Assembly: GCF_004010195.1 (NCBI RefSeq)
Contig: NC_057711.1
Span: 77,260,795-77,324,794, forward strand
Reading direction: 5' to 3'
DNA: 64,000 nt
Origin: Chiloscyllium plagiosum
Lineage: Eukaryota
A program made the translations under genes and the position numbers. Below the pieces are notes generated by a model that ran no database searches, was not told the origin of the DNA, and saw only the letters and a list, made by a program, of their open reading frames with translations. Positions 1-13,434 of the stretch are shown here, in pieces (within the stretch, counting starts at the first letter, position 1; each line of letters begins with the position of its first letter).

Positions 1-165
1 ATCCTGCAATGAGAGGTTGAAAAAGTTGGGTTTATGCTCTCTGGAGGCAGGAAAAAAAAAAGAGTAGTCATCTTCGTCTGACATACAAGCTTTTGAAGGA
101 GCTTGATAGGGAGAGCACAGAGTTGATTTCCCCTGTTGGGGGGAATCTGACACATGGGAATGTTT
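1..165 (+). mobile_element. Old CR1 LINE 3' fragment
   Basis: Degenerate 'gagaggttgaaaaagttgggttta..ctctggag' resembles the CR1 ORF2 C-terminus seen in younger copies in this window. Confidence 0.5.
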
Positions 166-1029
166 ATTATTCTCTGGATGATAAGTTGACCATTTGGGAT
201 TGTGGGGAGGGGAGACCTTTCTGCTCACCCCCACCCTGTGTAGCCACCTCCTCATCCCTCAAACGCCTCAGGCAGTCTCCTCCTTTCATCGTCTCACTGG
301 GCACTTCCTCTCTTTCTCGTTCAGCCACGTTACACTCAGCAGACATCCCACTTCTCTTACCAAGAACCCCCATTCCCTCCACCCACCCCACCCCCCACTT
401 GCAGGCAGTCCACTCCCCACCCAAGCCTTCAGCAAAGCCTTAACCACTATGGCCAGCAAATGGCTCCAACATCTCCAGTAACTCTGTCAGTGCTGTCAAT
501 TCGCTTCTGAACTGCTGCCCTTCTCCCAAATTTGCTGACAGCAAACACATGAGAGAACTTAGCTTTAATCTAAGAAGCAGTTCCTCACTGTTTCTGTCCA
601 TTATGGGGTAACATTTCTGCTGTTTGTCACACCCACATTTTAATTTTCCCCTACAATTTGATGGCTTTTGGGAATAATTTCACCCAATGCCATTTATTTT
701 AAACCCAGATCACTACACAGATTATGACAGTATTCTCATAAATCACATGTAACAGCTTGTATATTGTTCTGAAAGTATTCCAAAGTTACTTTCACAGTCC
801 TTCATTCCAGTTGAATACTGAGCCAAATGGAAAGCTCCATCATCCAGTTGGCCGAAGTCCAACATCGAAATAGTAAGGTGTTCCATCATATTTGCCTTGC
901 ATTGGTCACAAGTAGTTCGGAAAACAGAAGAACCTGGGTTGGTTAGGATCATATTCACTTGAGTTTAGAAGATTTGAGAGGCAGGTGGGGTGCTGTGGGT
1001 TGACAGGACTACACAAGTTAGATGCAGGA

Positions 1030-1345
1030 AGGGTGGTGTTCTTCTTGGCTCTGAAGTCCAGAGTCTAAGGATGATGGGTAGGCCTTTTAGGACAAAGATG
1101 AGGAGAAATTTCTTCATCCAGACAATAGCGAGCATCTGAAATGCTCTGCCGCAGAGTTGAGACCAAAACACTGGAAAATTCAAAATGTCAATATATTTCT
1201 TAGGACCAAGGTGGACAAAGAATATAGGGAGAAAGCAGGAACAGCTTGCTGCACTGAATGATCATCCACAAATATATCTACTCATGGAGCACTGTTGAAG
1301 TGTCAAATAGCCTATTCCTACATTCTGTATTTCTATTTTTTCTAT
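1030..1345 (+). mobile_element. Old CR1 LINE 3' end
   Basis: 'tttaggacaaagatgaggagaaatttcttc' and a tail ending 'cctattcctacattctgtatttctat'. Confidence 0.65.
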
Positions 1346-1614
1346 GGCAGCTGTCGAAGAGCTAGATAACATAGTTCCTTTCTAATCACAGTTCTGCACA
1401 GAAGTGTCAACTGATGTTATATTCCCAAATCTGTGGAAAAGGATACAACTTGCAATTTAAAATAAATAGTGCTACCTATTTTTAGTACAATGACAAATCA
1501 AGAGTGCTGGAAAACAGGCAAACACAAAGTATCCTGTTTCCTCTGGGTGCATTAGGTTAAAATGACAGCTCTGCTTTATCATTAACATGCCGTAACTTTA
1601 CTCATAAGACCACG

Positions 1615-2256
1615 TGTCACAAAGCTAAATTTTTTTTTGCTTGGCTCCTTGGCTCAAGGACACTCTGTCCTTGAATTTTTCAGAGGGGTAATAAACCAGG
1701 CCTGGCTCCAATCAGTCTGGTTTGGAACAGAGATGAACAGGATTTTGAGAGACGTTTTGTTTGTATGTAAACAGATGAGACTTCAGGCCAAAGTGATCAT
1801 GTTTTAGAAGTGACCTGTATAAAGAAAGGGGCGTGGTCAGCCCTCCAGCTGAGCTGAGCAGTTTAATTCAGTCTTGAATTGGTAGGAAGTTCGACAGGGA
1901 TGTGTGTGGAAACTCACTCTCTCTCTCCTTTCTGCCCTGCAACTTCAACCCGTAAGCATGTGTTCCATTTACACTGGTTTTTAAAAGGAGTTTGCTTATT
2001 GGGGCTGTTGTGTATATTCAGAATAGCATAATTAAGTCTAGTTGGATAGGTTGCGTTCTGTAGAGGTTCTTTATTCTCTTCTGTGTTTCATTGTGTAATT
2101 TTGTTAATAAATTTTTGTCTGTTTTAAAATCTCGTAGTCAACCTAGATAGCTTTAGCCGGGTAATTTTCACTGTAGACTTATTGAAACAAATTGCGTAGT
2201 TATGGTCTGAGCTGCCTGCTTAGAATGTTTTGAGTGGTCTGGCTTAGTCCATAACT
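1615..2256 (+). mobile_element. Solo LTR (Gypsy/ERV type), related to 46469-47066
   Basis: Starts TGTCAC and ends ggtctggcttagtccataac; internal AATAAA at about 2106; both termini align by eye with the reverse complement of the 46.5-47.1 kb LTR. No clear TSD. Confidence 0.7.
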
Positions 2257-2309
2257 AAGACGTTGGCTAATGCAACTAAAGTAGCTGCATTCTAAAAAAC
2301 AAAATCCTG

Positions 2310-5060
2310 TCAACCCATTGTAGAAACGTAGGAAATAGCAGCTGTCGGAGGCTATTTGGCATTCGCCATTCAGTATGATCATGGTTGATCCTCAACCTCA
2401 ATGCTACATTCCATTCTCTCCCATTACCCCTTGGCATCGTTAATAACTCAAAATCTATTTGTGTCTGATATTCAGTGATTTGCCCTCACCCACTTCATTG
2501 GTAGTGAATTCCACAGGCTCACCACCTTCAGTGAAGATTTATCCTCATCTCAATCCGAAATGGTCATTATTTGTAGTATCTTCAGACTACAACTCTTGAT
2601 CTGGTAAAAACATCATCTCTACAATCAGTCTGTCCAGTCCTGACATATTTTACACATTTCAATGAGATCCTCACATTCTCTTCAACTCCAGTGAATACAG
2701 TCCTACTCAACCTAATCTCTCCTCTTTCAACAATCCTGCCATCTGAGGGATCAGTCTGTGAACCTCTGCTGCAATTCCTCTGTGGCAAGTAATTCATTAA
2801 GTAATGAATCTAAAATTGCACTAATATACTCAAAGTATGGTCTCATCAAGGACGTGAGCAGATGCAGCATGATTTCCTTGCTCCTTTACAGAAGTCTTCT
2901 TGCAATGAAAGCCAACAAACCATTTGCCGCACTTTCATTCTTGCTTTCAATGACTGATGTAGAAGAACACCCAGGTCGCTTTGTACATCAACATTTCTCA
3001 AAAGACCACCATTTAAATAATACTTTGCTATTCAACTTTTCACAGACAAGTTGATACCTTCACACTTATTCACATTATACTGCAATTGTCATGCATTTCT
3101 CAACTCCCTCAACTTGTCCATATAGCCCTGGATCCTCTATATCCTCCTCACCATTCACTATTTTGTGCCATCAGAAAACTTGGAAATATTACATTGTATT
3201 CCCCAATCCAAATCATTGATTTCTTGTTTGCAACTCCAGGCCCAAACCTAATGGCTCCATCACCTCATCACTACCTTTCACAATGAAAAAGACCCATTTA
3301 TTCCTATTCTGTCTCCTATCCACTAAGACTCAGTCCATGCCACCAATATTACCTCCAATCCCATGTGCTTGGATTTTGCACACTATTCTTTGTGGAACTT
3401 GATCAAAATCTTTTGATTAAAGGTTACATCGAAGGTGGGCAATTTATTGGAGAGGAGTCTGAGAGACAGGATTTATGATTATTTAGAAAAGCATAGCTTG
3501 ATTAGAGATAGTCAGCATAGCTTTGAGAGGGCGCTTCATGCCTCACCAGCTTTACCGAATCCTTTGAGGATGTGATATTGATGAAGGTAGAGCACTGGAT
3601 GTGGTGGATATGAATTTTAGCAAGGTGTTTGATAGGGTTCCCCATAGTAGGCTCATTTAGAAAGTAAGGAGGCATTGGATACAGGGAAATTTGACTGCCT
3701 GGATACAGAATTGACTGGAAAGTATTCAGCCTAGAGTTCAGTGACCAGTGTTGTTCTGGGACCTCTGCTCTTTGTGATTTTTATAAATGACTTGGATGAG
3801 GAAGTGGAAGGGTAGGTTTCTAAGTCTGCCACTGACATGAAGGTTGGTGAATTGTGGACAGTGTGGAGGGCTGTTGTCGGTTGCAATGGGACATTGACAG
3901 AATGCAGAGCAGGGCAGATAAGTGGCAGATGGAGTTCTACCCAGAAAAGTGAAAAGTGATTTATTTTGGAAGGTCAAATTTGAGTGCAAATTTGAGGGTT
4001 AAAGGCAGGATTCTTGGCAATGTGGAGGAACAGAGGGATCTTGGGGTACATGTCCATAGATCTCTCAAAGTTGCCATCCAAGTTGATAGGGTTGTTAAGG
4101 CGGCGAATGGTGTGTTGGCTTTCATTAGCAGGGGAATTGACTTTAAGAGCCGCAAGGTTATTCTGCAGCTCTATGAAGCCCTGGGTTAGACCACACTTGG
4201 AATATTGTGTTCCGTTCTGGTCCCCTCAATATAGGAAAAATGTAGAAGCTTTAGGGAGGGTGCAGAGGAGATTTGCCAGGATGCTCCCTGAAATGGGGGG
4301 CATGTCTTATGAAGAAAGGGAGCTAGAGCTTTTCTCATTGGAGCGAAGGAGAATGAGAAGTGACTTGATAGAGGTGTACAAGATGATGAGTGGCATAGAT
4401 AGAATGGATAGCCAGAGAATTATTTCCCAAGGTGGAAATGGCCATCATGAAGGGGCATAATTTTAAGGTGATTGGAGGAAGGTTTAAGGGAGATGTCAGA
4501 GATAGGTTCTTTACCAAGAGTGGTGGGTACGTGGAACGCACTGCCAGCGGTGGTCATACAGTCAGACACATTAGGGACACTTAAGCGACACTTGGATAGA
4601 CACGTGGACGATAGTAAAATGAAGGGTATGCAGATTAGTTCAATCTTAGATTAGGATAAAAGGTCAGCACAACATTGAGGGCCGAAGGGCCTGTAGTTTG
4701 CTGTACTGTCCTTATGTTCTGTAAAAATCCAAATATAATAAATCCACTTATTCTCCCGTATCTGTTCTACTAGTTACATTCTTAAAAGCTCCAATAAGTT
4801 CTTCAAACATGATTTTCCTTTACATCTATGATGACTTTTCCAATGCTGTTGAGATAAGTTTCAGTACCATTATCACATCCTTGATAGATTCAAGCATTTT
4901 CCCTACTACTGATGTTAGGCCAACTGGTCGGTAATTTCTACTTTCCTCCCTTCCTCCTTTTCCAAACAGTGAAGTTACATTTTGACACCCTTCAATCTGC
5001 CAGGTCTATATAAGCATCTACTGAAGTTTTGCAGCTGAGATCAACACATCTATTATTTCA
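2310..5060 (-). mobile_element. Old CR1 LINE (RT and 3' end), split by a younger CR1 at 3420-4720
   Basis: Antisense CR1 RT motifs are continuous across the insertion (..atcaaaatcttttga | aaaatccaaatat..). Confidence 0.7.
3420..4720 (+). mobile_element. 5'-truncated CR1 LINE, frameshifted RT and 3' UTR
   Basis: ORF fragments QRDLGVHVHRSLKVAIQVDRVVK and VRPHLEYCVPFWSP; 3' tail gggccgaagggcctg..tatgttct. Confidence 0.92.
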
Positions 5061-5061
5061 T

Positions 5062-7790
5062 AGAACATTACAGCTCAGTACAGGCCCTTCGACCCTCAAT
5101 GTTGCGCCGCCCTGTCATACTAATCTGAAGCCCATCCCACTTACACTATTCTATGTACGTCCATATGCCTGTCCAATGACGAATTAAATGCACTTAAACT
5201 TGGTGAATCTACTACTGTTGCTGGCAAAGCATTCCATTACCTTACTACTGAGTAAAGAAACTACCTCTGACATCTGTCTTATACCTATCTCCCCTCACTT
5301 TAAAGTTGTGTCCCCTCGTGTTTGCCGTCCCCATACTTGGAAAAAGGCTCTCGCTGTCCACCCTATCTACTCCTCTGGTTATCTTGTATGTCTCTATTAA
5401 GTCACCTCTCAACCTTCTTCTCTCCAACGAGAACAGCCTCAAGGCCCTCAGCCTTTCCTCAGAAGACATTCCTCCCATACCAGGCAACATTCTAGTAAAT
5501 CTCCTCTGCACCCTTTCCAAAGCTTCCACATCCTTCTTATAATGCAGTGACCAGAACTGTACACAATACTCCAAGTGTGGCCGTACCAGAGCTTTGTACA
5601 GCTGCAGCATAACCTCATGGTTCCAGAACTCAATCCCTCTATTAATAAAGGCCAAAACACTGTATATGCCTTCTTAACAACCCTGTCAATTTGGGTGGCA
5701 ACTTTCAGGAATCTGTGTACATGGACACCGAGATCTCTCTGCTCATCTGCACCCCAAAGAATCCTACCATTAGCCCAGTACTTTGCATTCCGATTACTCC
5801 GTCCAAAGTGTATCACCTCACACTTGTCCACATTAAACTCCATTTGCCACCACTCAGCTCATCTCTGCATTCGATCTATGTCTCTCTGCAACCTACTACA
5901 TCCTTCNNNNNNNNNNNNNNNNNNNNNNNNNNNNNNNNNNNNNNNNNNNNNNNNNNNNNNNNNNNNNNNNNNNNNNNNNNNNNNNNNNNNNNNNNNNNNN
6001 NNNNNNNNNNNNNNNNNNNNNNNNNNNNNNNNNNNNNNNNNNNNNNNNNNNNNNNNNNNNNNNNNNNNNNNNNNNNNNNNNNNNNNNNNNNNNNNNNNNN
6101 NNNNNNNNNNNNNNNNNNNNNNNNNNNNNNNNNNNNNNNNNNNNNNNNNNNNNNNNNNNNNNNNNNNNNNNNNNNNNNNNNNNNNNNNNNNNNNNNNNNN
6201 NNNNNNNNNNNNNNNNNNNNNNNNNNNNNNNNNNNNNNNNNNNNNNNNNNNNNNNNNNNNNNNNNNNNNNNNNNNNNNNNNNNNNNNNNNNNNNNNNNNN
6301 NNNNNNNNNNTCCCACTATTATCCTTGACTGGCCCTAATTTAACTCTCGTCATTCTTTTATTCCTGACATACCTATGGAAAGCCTTAGGGTTAACCCTGA
6401 TCCTATCCACCAACAACTTCTCATGTCTCCTCCTGGCTCTTCTGAGCTCTCTTTTTTAGGTATTCCCTGACTTCCTTGGAACCCTCAAGCGCCCTGAGTT
6501 TTCACATTTTGTCCTAACATAATCCTTCTTCTTCTTGACCAGGGATTCCACTTCCTTAGTAAACCACGGCTCACGCGTTCTATATCTTCCTCCCTGCCTG
6601 CCAGGTACATACTAATCTAGGACACACAGGAGCTTTTCCTTGAATAAGCACCACAGTTTTAATGTGCTCATCCCCTGCAGTTTCCTTCCCCATTCTACGC
6701 TTCCTAAATCTTTCCTAATTGCATTGTAATTTCCCTTCCCCCCAGCTGTAACTCTTGCTCGGTGGAGTACACCTATCCCTTTCCATCACTAAAGTAAACC
6801 TGACAGAATTGTGATCGCTGTCTCCAAAGTGCTCACCTACTTCCAAATCTAACATCTGGCCAGGCTTGTTACCCAGTACTAAATATAAAGTGGCTTCGCC
6901 CCCTTTCTGTCTACATGCTGTGTCAGGAAGCCCTCCTGCACACACTGGACAAAAACTGACCCATCTATAGTACTGATCCCAGTCAATATTTGGACAGTTG
7001 AAGTCTCCCCATAACAACTACCCTGCCTCTCTCTCACTCCTATCGAGAATCGTCTTTGCTATCTTTTCCTCTACCTCTGGAACTATTCAGAGGCCTATAG
7101 AAAACTCCTAGCATGGTGACTTCTCCTTTCCTGTTTCTAACCTCAGCCCATACTACCTCAGTTAACGAGTCCCCAAACATCCTTTCTACAACTGTAATAT
7201 TGCCCCGATCAACAATGTCACACCTCCCCCTCTTTTACCATCTTCTCTGTTCTTACTGAAAGAATCCTGGAACCTGCAACAGCCATTCCTGTCCCTGCTC
7301 TAACCATGTCTCCATAATGGCCACAACATCGAAGTCCCAGGTACCAACCCACGCTGCCAGTTCACCCACTTTATTTCGGATGCTCCTCGCGTTGAAGTAC
7401 ACACACTTCAAACCAGGTTCTCGCTTGCCAGTGTCAGATACTTGATTTTGACTTGATTTTGGAACTCCCTACTCTCATCCTCTTCTGCACCTGTCCTACA
7501 ATTTTGGTTCCCATACCCCTGCTATATTAGTTTAAATCCACCATAATAGCTTTAGTGAATTTCCCACCCAGGATATTGGTACCCCTCCGGTTTAGATGAA
7601 GACCATCTGGTTTGTAGAGGTCCCATCTACCCCAGAAAGAGCTCCAATTATCCAAAAACCCGAAACCCTCCCTCCTGCACCATCCCTGTAGCCTCGTGTT
7701 CAACTCCTTTCTCTCCCTATTCCTCACCTCACTAGCACATGGTATGGGCAGCAAATCAGAGAAAACAACTCTGTTTGTCCTAGCTCTAAG
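5062..7790 (-). mobile_element. CR1 LINE (ORF1 esterase end, EN, RT, 3' UTR), spanning an assembly gap
   Basis: ORF1 SGNH-like FLDNWSSFWGRWDLYKPDGLHLN; EN GDFNCPNIDW and GDSDHN; RT C-terminus LVRPHLEYCVQFWS. Confidence 0.93.
5907..6310. other. Assembly gap
   Basis: N run. Confidence 1.
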
Positions 7791-7959
7791 TTTTTTTTTA
7801 GGGAGCTACGGTGGAGGCTTAGAACTATTTCCTCCTTTAGTACCCTAGGAAGTAGATTTTTAGGCCCAGCTTTGATCAGCTTTTTGTCCCATGAATTTTT
7901 CCAGCACGTTATTTTAAAGATACTAATTTTCTTCAATTCTTCCTTGATTCCCTAGCAAA

Positions 7960-8230
7960 CCTTCAGGCTAATAGTCTGGGGTAGGAGTTCAAATCCTACA
8001 ATAGCAGATTATGAAAGTTGGATCCAATAAAAATATCTGGATTAATAACCTAGCCAAATAGTGTCCAGGTAACCGCTGTCAATTTTTACTTTTAAAAACC
8101 CTTTAGCGAAGGAAATGTCACATCCTTACTTCGTTTCAGCTACAGGTGACTCTAGACTCACAGCAATGGGATTGGCTCTTAAAATTATGAATCGCAAATA
8201 AATAATGGCCGAGCCAGCTATGTCCTATGA
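7960..8230 (+). mobile_element. Decayed tRNA-headed SINE (family B derivative)
   Basis: B-box gagttcaaatcc; body gaaggaaatg..catccttac..gtgactctagactcacagcaatg matches 29124-29492. Confidence 0.65.
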
Positions 8231-8704
8231 ACAGAGCATTGATATTAGTACCTTAAATATGCTTCCAATAACACTAATTTCAATTCTAGGCCTTTTGGCT
8301 TTTCCATATTATTTACCAATATACCAGCCCAGAACCGTTTAGACTGTAAAGTGGTCTAATCTTAAGGTTTTCCTAACATCCAAAAATTTAAGTTTATGTA
8401 TTCCAGATGTTCCTCATTTGGCATTCCGTGACCATGATTAATTGACATATCTGTGCAACACTAATTAAAATATAATTTAGGAAATGGCCAGTGTTTGTGC
8501 TCCAAAACTTGCCACACACCTGGCCAAGCTGTTCCAATGCAGTTAAAATACTAGCATCGACCCAACAATGTGGAAGTTGTCCATGTATATTCTGTAACAA
8601 AATAACTGTATAAATTCAACAACAGGCAATAACTGCCCGAACAGTTTACTCTCGATTAGTACAGTATTAAGAAGCACCTGCTCAGCAGTAACCAGCTCAG
8701 TCTA

Positions 8705-9525
8705 CTGTACTCGCTATTCACAATGTGGTCTTCTCGATATTGGGAAAATGAAGCACACATTGGGCTGATCGCTTCGCAGAACACCTTCGTTCTGTCCACA
8801 AAAAAATATCGAGCTTCCAGTTCCCTGCCATTTCAACACACCACTGTCTTTCCTGGCCAACATCCCTGTCTCAGGCTTGCTGCAGTGCTCCAGCTCAAAC
8901 AGCAGCACTTCATTTTGCAGTTGAGAACTCTCCAGCCTTCTGGACCACGCATGGGCGGCACGGTGGCACAGTGGTTAGCACTGCTGCCTCACAGCGCCAG
9001 AGACCCGGGTTCCCCCGTGTCTGCGTGGGTTTCCTCCGGTTTCCTCCCACAGTCCAAAGATGTGCAGGTCAGATGAATTGGCCATGCTAAATTGCCCGTA
9101 GTGTTAGGTAAGGGGTAAATGTAGGGGTATGGGTGGGTTGCGCTTCAGCGGGGCGGTGTGGACCTGTTGGGCCGAAGGGCCTGTTTTCCATACTGTAAGT
9201 AATCTAATCGCATCAGGCCTTGTTATCACATGGTCTGCTATTATACACAACCCATTACAGTATTAGCTACAACATGTCCCTAATAGTAGATACTCATTCT
9301 CATATGCTGACCATTATCCATTCCTTTGTCTGTCCAACGGTTCTTCTCTTCTCTCTATCGTTTACACTAAGACCCTCCCTCACTATCTTCTGCATTAAAA
9401 AAAACAACATTTTCCTAGGTATCATCAGTTCTGAGGAAGGGTCATTGGATCAGAAACATTAACTCTGATTTCTCTCCACAATAGCTGTCAGACCTGTTGA
9501 GTTGTCCAGTAATTTCTATTTTTCA
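8705..9525 (+). mobile_element. Penelope-like element 3' part (GIY-YIG endonuclease remnant and terminal repeat with hammerhead core)
   Basis: Decayed SQCGLLDIGK..DRFAEHLRSV..LPVPCHFN..LRTLQPSG; CTGAGGA..GAAA at 9431-9456. Confidence 0.8.
8953..9208 (+). mobile_element. HE1-type V-SINE with an internal deletion
   Basis: tRNA-like head ggcacggtggcacagtggttagcactgctgcctcacagcgcc, V-domain, CR1-like tail; flanked by cgcat on both sides (TSD). Confidence 0.93.
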
Positions 9526-10347
9526 ACATGCTTATTGACACCTAGTTTGGGTCACTCAGCTCGTGACCTCACTACAGCCTTGGTGCAAACACAGACAGAA
9601 GAGCTAAATTTCAGAGGTAAAATAAGAGTGACAGTGCTTAACACCAAGATCACATTTCACTAAATGAGCAAAACTGGTTACAATGGGTTTCAGGAGGCGA
9701 ATTCTTCGCTGGTTGGCGTCATACCTCGCACGTAGAAAGATGGCTTTGACTGTTGGAGATCAGTCATCTCAGTTCCAGGACAACACTTCAGGATTTCCTC
9801 AGGGGAGTGTCCTTGGCTCAACCAAGCAGCTGCTTCAATAACAACTTTCTCTCCATAACGTCAGAAGTGGGGACATTCATCAATGAATGCACAAATGTTC
9901 AGCACCAGTTGCCTCTCGTCAGATACTGAAACAGTACATGTTCAAATGAAACATGACCTAGACGATGTCCAGTCTTTTGCTGACAATTGGCAAGTAATAT
10001 TTGCCCCACACAAATACCAGGTAAAGATAGTCTCTTACTGGAAACAATCTAACCACTGCCCCTTGGCATTCCATTATAGTACCATCACTGAATCCCCCCT
10101 ACCAATATCCTGGGGAATACCATTGACCAAAAACTTAACTGAATTAGCCACTTACACATGGTTTCCACAACAGCAGGTCAGAGGCTAGGAATAGGGCAGT
10201 GAGTAACTGACCTCTTAGCTCCCCAAAGTGTGTCTACAATCTACAAGTAATAAGTCAGCAGGGTGATGGAATACTCCCCACTTGCCTGGATGAGTGAAGC
10301 TCCAACAACACAAGAAATTTGACACCATTCATGACAAATCAGCCTAG

Positions 10348-10455
10348 GAAGGTAAATTTCCCATTTAAATGAATGGGTTCGCTACTATCCGCAGTCTCAG
10401 GCTTCGGCGGTAGGTCTTGGAACATATTCCCTGAGGGTACAGGGGGACTACTGTA
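10348..10455 (-). mobile_element. One end of a Tigger/pogo-type (Tc1-mariner) DNA transposon
   Basis: The reverse complement starts TA|CAGTAGTCCCCC..ggaatatgttccaagacc..cctgagactgcggatagtagcgaaccc, a Tigger-like TIR at a TA site. Confidence 0.7.
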
Positions 10456-13364
10456 CTCCAAGTGCGGCCTCACCAATGCCCTGTACAACAGCAGCATAAC
10501 TTCACAATTTCCATACTCAATGTCCCGACTAATGAAGGTCAGTGCATCAAAAGTCTTCTTCACCGTCCTGTCTACCTGTGACTCCACTTTCAGAGAACTG
10601 TGGACCTGAACCTCCAAGGTCCTTCAGTTGCATAACACTCCTTAAGGCCTGACCATTCAACACGAAACTCTTACTTTCATTGCCTTTGCTGTTTGAATTC
10701 ATGTATTGCTGGACAGGGAAATTCACAACTGCACTTGGAGGAACTGTTTGGATGAAGTTCACAGCACAGAAGCAGATAAGTGTGTTGTTTTTAAGTGGGA
10801 CCTAGTGAAAGTCTGCAGTACTAAGTAGAGTGGGTTCTTTCTTGATTATATGTTTTTTGAGATAAGTCTCTTCATTAAACTTAAAATATAAGACAAAACT
10901 ATTAACTTAACCTACCTTCTGAGTCTGTAGATTGCGAAAGAGCAAAAATGGCCTTTAGTAGAGTGATATGCGCTTCTTGTCAGATGTGGGAGGTTAAGAA
11001 GAATTTAAGGGCTACTGCGGATTATATCTGCAATAAATGCTGTTGGTTGCGAATCTCATCAGATCGAATGGATCAGTTGGAGAGACAGCTAGAAGCAATG
11101 AGGAATTTGCAACAGCAACAGTATGTGATGGATGGCAGTTATAGGAAGGGGGGAAAGTCTCAGATGCAGTCACATAGATGGGTTAACTCCAGGAAAGGTA
11201 AGAGAGGTAAGACAGCTAGTGCAGGAGCCTCTGTATACCCATTTCAAACAAGTATGCTGTTTTGGAAAATGTAGGGGGTGATGGATTCACAGGGGAACGT
11301 AGCACGAACACCAAGTTTCTGGTATTGAGACTGGCTCGAATGCAACTGGGAGGGGGGCATCAGGTTCCAAGAGATCAATAATGTTAGGGGATTCTCTAGC
11401 CCAAGGTACAGACAGACGTTTCTGTGGCCAGCAGCAAACAAACAGAATGGTGTGTTGCTTCCCTGGTGCCAGGATGAAGGATGTCTCAGAGAGGATGCAG
11501 GATGTTCTCACGGGGAGAGGGGCCAGCAAGAGGTCATTGTCCACATTGGCACCAACAACACAGGACAGGAAAAGGTTGAGATTCTGAAGGGTGATTACAG
11601 AGAGTTAGGCAGGAATTTAAAAAGGAGGTCCTTGAGAGTAGTAATATCTGGATTACTCCCGGTGCTACGAGCTAGTGAGGGCAGGAATAGGAGGATAGAG
11701 CAGATGAATGCATGGCTGAGGAGCTGGTGTATGGGAGAAGGATTCACATTTTTGGATGATTGGACTCTCTTTTGGGGTAGAAGTGACCTGTAAAAGAAGG
11801 ATGGTTTGCACCTAAATTGGAAGGGGACTAATATACTGGCAGGGAAATTTGCTAGAACTGTCGGGAGGATTTAAACTAGTAAGGTTGGGGAGGTGGGTGG
11901 GACCCAGGGAGATAGTGAGGAAAGAGATCAATCTGAGACTGCTATAGTTGAGAACAGAAGAAGTGAGTCAAACAGTCGGGGCAGGCAGAGACAAGGTAGG
12001 ACTAATAAATTAAACTGCATTTATTTCAATGCAAGCGGCTTAACAGGAAAGGCAGATGAACTCAGGGCATGGTTAGGAACATGGGACAGGGATATCACAG
12101 CAATTACAGAAACATGGCTCAAGGATGGGCAGGATTGACAGCTTAATGTTCCAGGATACAAATGCTACAGGAAGGATAGAAAGGGAGGCAAGAGAGGAGG
12201 GGGAGGGGCGATTTTGATAAGGGATAGCATTGCAGCTGTGCTGAGGCAAGATAGTCCTGGAAATACATCCAAAGTTATTTGGGTGGAACTGAGAAATAAG
12301 AAAGGGATGATCATCTTATTTGGATTGTATTATAGACTCCCTAATAGTCAGAGGGAAATTGAGAAACAAACTTGTAAGGAGATCTCAGCTATCTGTAAGA
12401 ATAATAGGGTGGTTATGGTAGGGGATTTTAACTTTCTGAACGTAGACTGGGACTGCCATAAAGTGTTAAGGTTTAGATGGAGAGAAATATGAGAATCCAA
12501 AGAAAGTATATTCTTGTCAGGGTGAAAGGGAAGGCTGGTAGGTATAGGGAATGCTGGATGACTAAAGAAATTGAGGGTTTGGTTAAGAAAAAAAAGCAAG
12601 CACATGTAAGGTATAGACAGGATAGATCAAGTGAATCCTGAGAAGAGTATAAAGGCAGTAGGAGTATATTTAAGTGGGAAACCAGGAAGGCCAAAAGGGG
12701 ACATGAGATAGCTTTGGCAAATAGAATTAAGGAGAATCCAAAGGGTTTTTACAAATACATTAAGGATAAAAGGATAACTAAAGAGAGAATAGGGTCCCTC
12801 AAAAGATCAGCAAGGCGGCCTTTGTGTGGAGCCGCAGAAAATGGGGGAGATACTAAATGAATACTTTGTATCAGTGTTTACTGTGGAAAATGATATGGAA
12901 GATATAGAAAGTAGCGAAATAGATGGTGACACCTTGCGAAATGTCCATATTACAGAGGACGACGTGCTGGATGTCTTGAAACGCATAAAGGTGAATAAAT
13001 CCCCAGGACCTCATCAGGTGTACCCTAGAACTCTGTGGGAAGCTAGAGAAGTGATTTCTGGGCCTCTTGCTGAGATATTTGTATCATTGATAGTCATAGA
13101 TGAGGTGCCAGAAGACTGGAGGTTGGCTAACGTGGTGCCACTCATTAAGAAGGGCGGTAAAGACAAGCCAGGAAACTATAGACCGGTGAGCCTGACCTCA
13201 GTGGTGGGCAAGTTGTTGGAGGGAATCCTGAGGGACAGGATGTACATGTATTTGGAAAGGCATGGACTGATTAGGGATAGTCAACATGGCTTTGTGCATG
13301 AAAAATCATGTCTCACAAACTTGATTGAGTTTTTTGAAGAAGTAACAGAGGAATGATGAGGGCA

Positions 13365-13434
13365 GAGTGGTAGATGTGATCTCTCTGGACTTCAGTAAGG
13401 AGTGGTAGATGTGATCTCTCTGGACTTCAGTAAG
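13365..13434 (+). repeat. Perfect 35-bp tandem duplication inside the CR1 RT
   Basis: gagtggtagatgtgatctctctggacttcagtaag twice. Confidence 0.95.

Larger units (their letters stand above)
8480..10345 (+). mobile_element. Family B LINE RT fragment, interrupted by a Penelope-like element and an HE1 SINE
   Basis: ADNWQVIFAPHKYQ and cctcaggggagtgtccttggc (PQGSVLG); homologous to 45680-51102. Confidence 0.8.

Noticed and set aside
743..958. 71-aa ORF with a CxxC motif
   Set aside because: No recognisable family and no convincing splice context.
1497..1545. Minus-strand QDTLCLPVF resembling PRUNE2 exon 3 (GVLCLPVL)
   Set aside because: There is an in-frame stop four codons later and no further similarity.
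5575..6459. Long ORFs in the track here and at 57423-58106
   Set aside because: They are artefacts of translating through N runs.
8953..9015. tRNA-like sequences as tRNA genes (also 26130-26194, 33190-33254, 61040-61118)
   Set aside because: Each continues into a SINE body and tail, so they are SINE heads.
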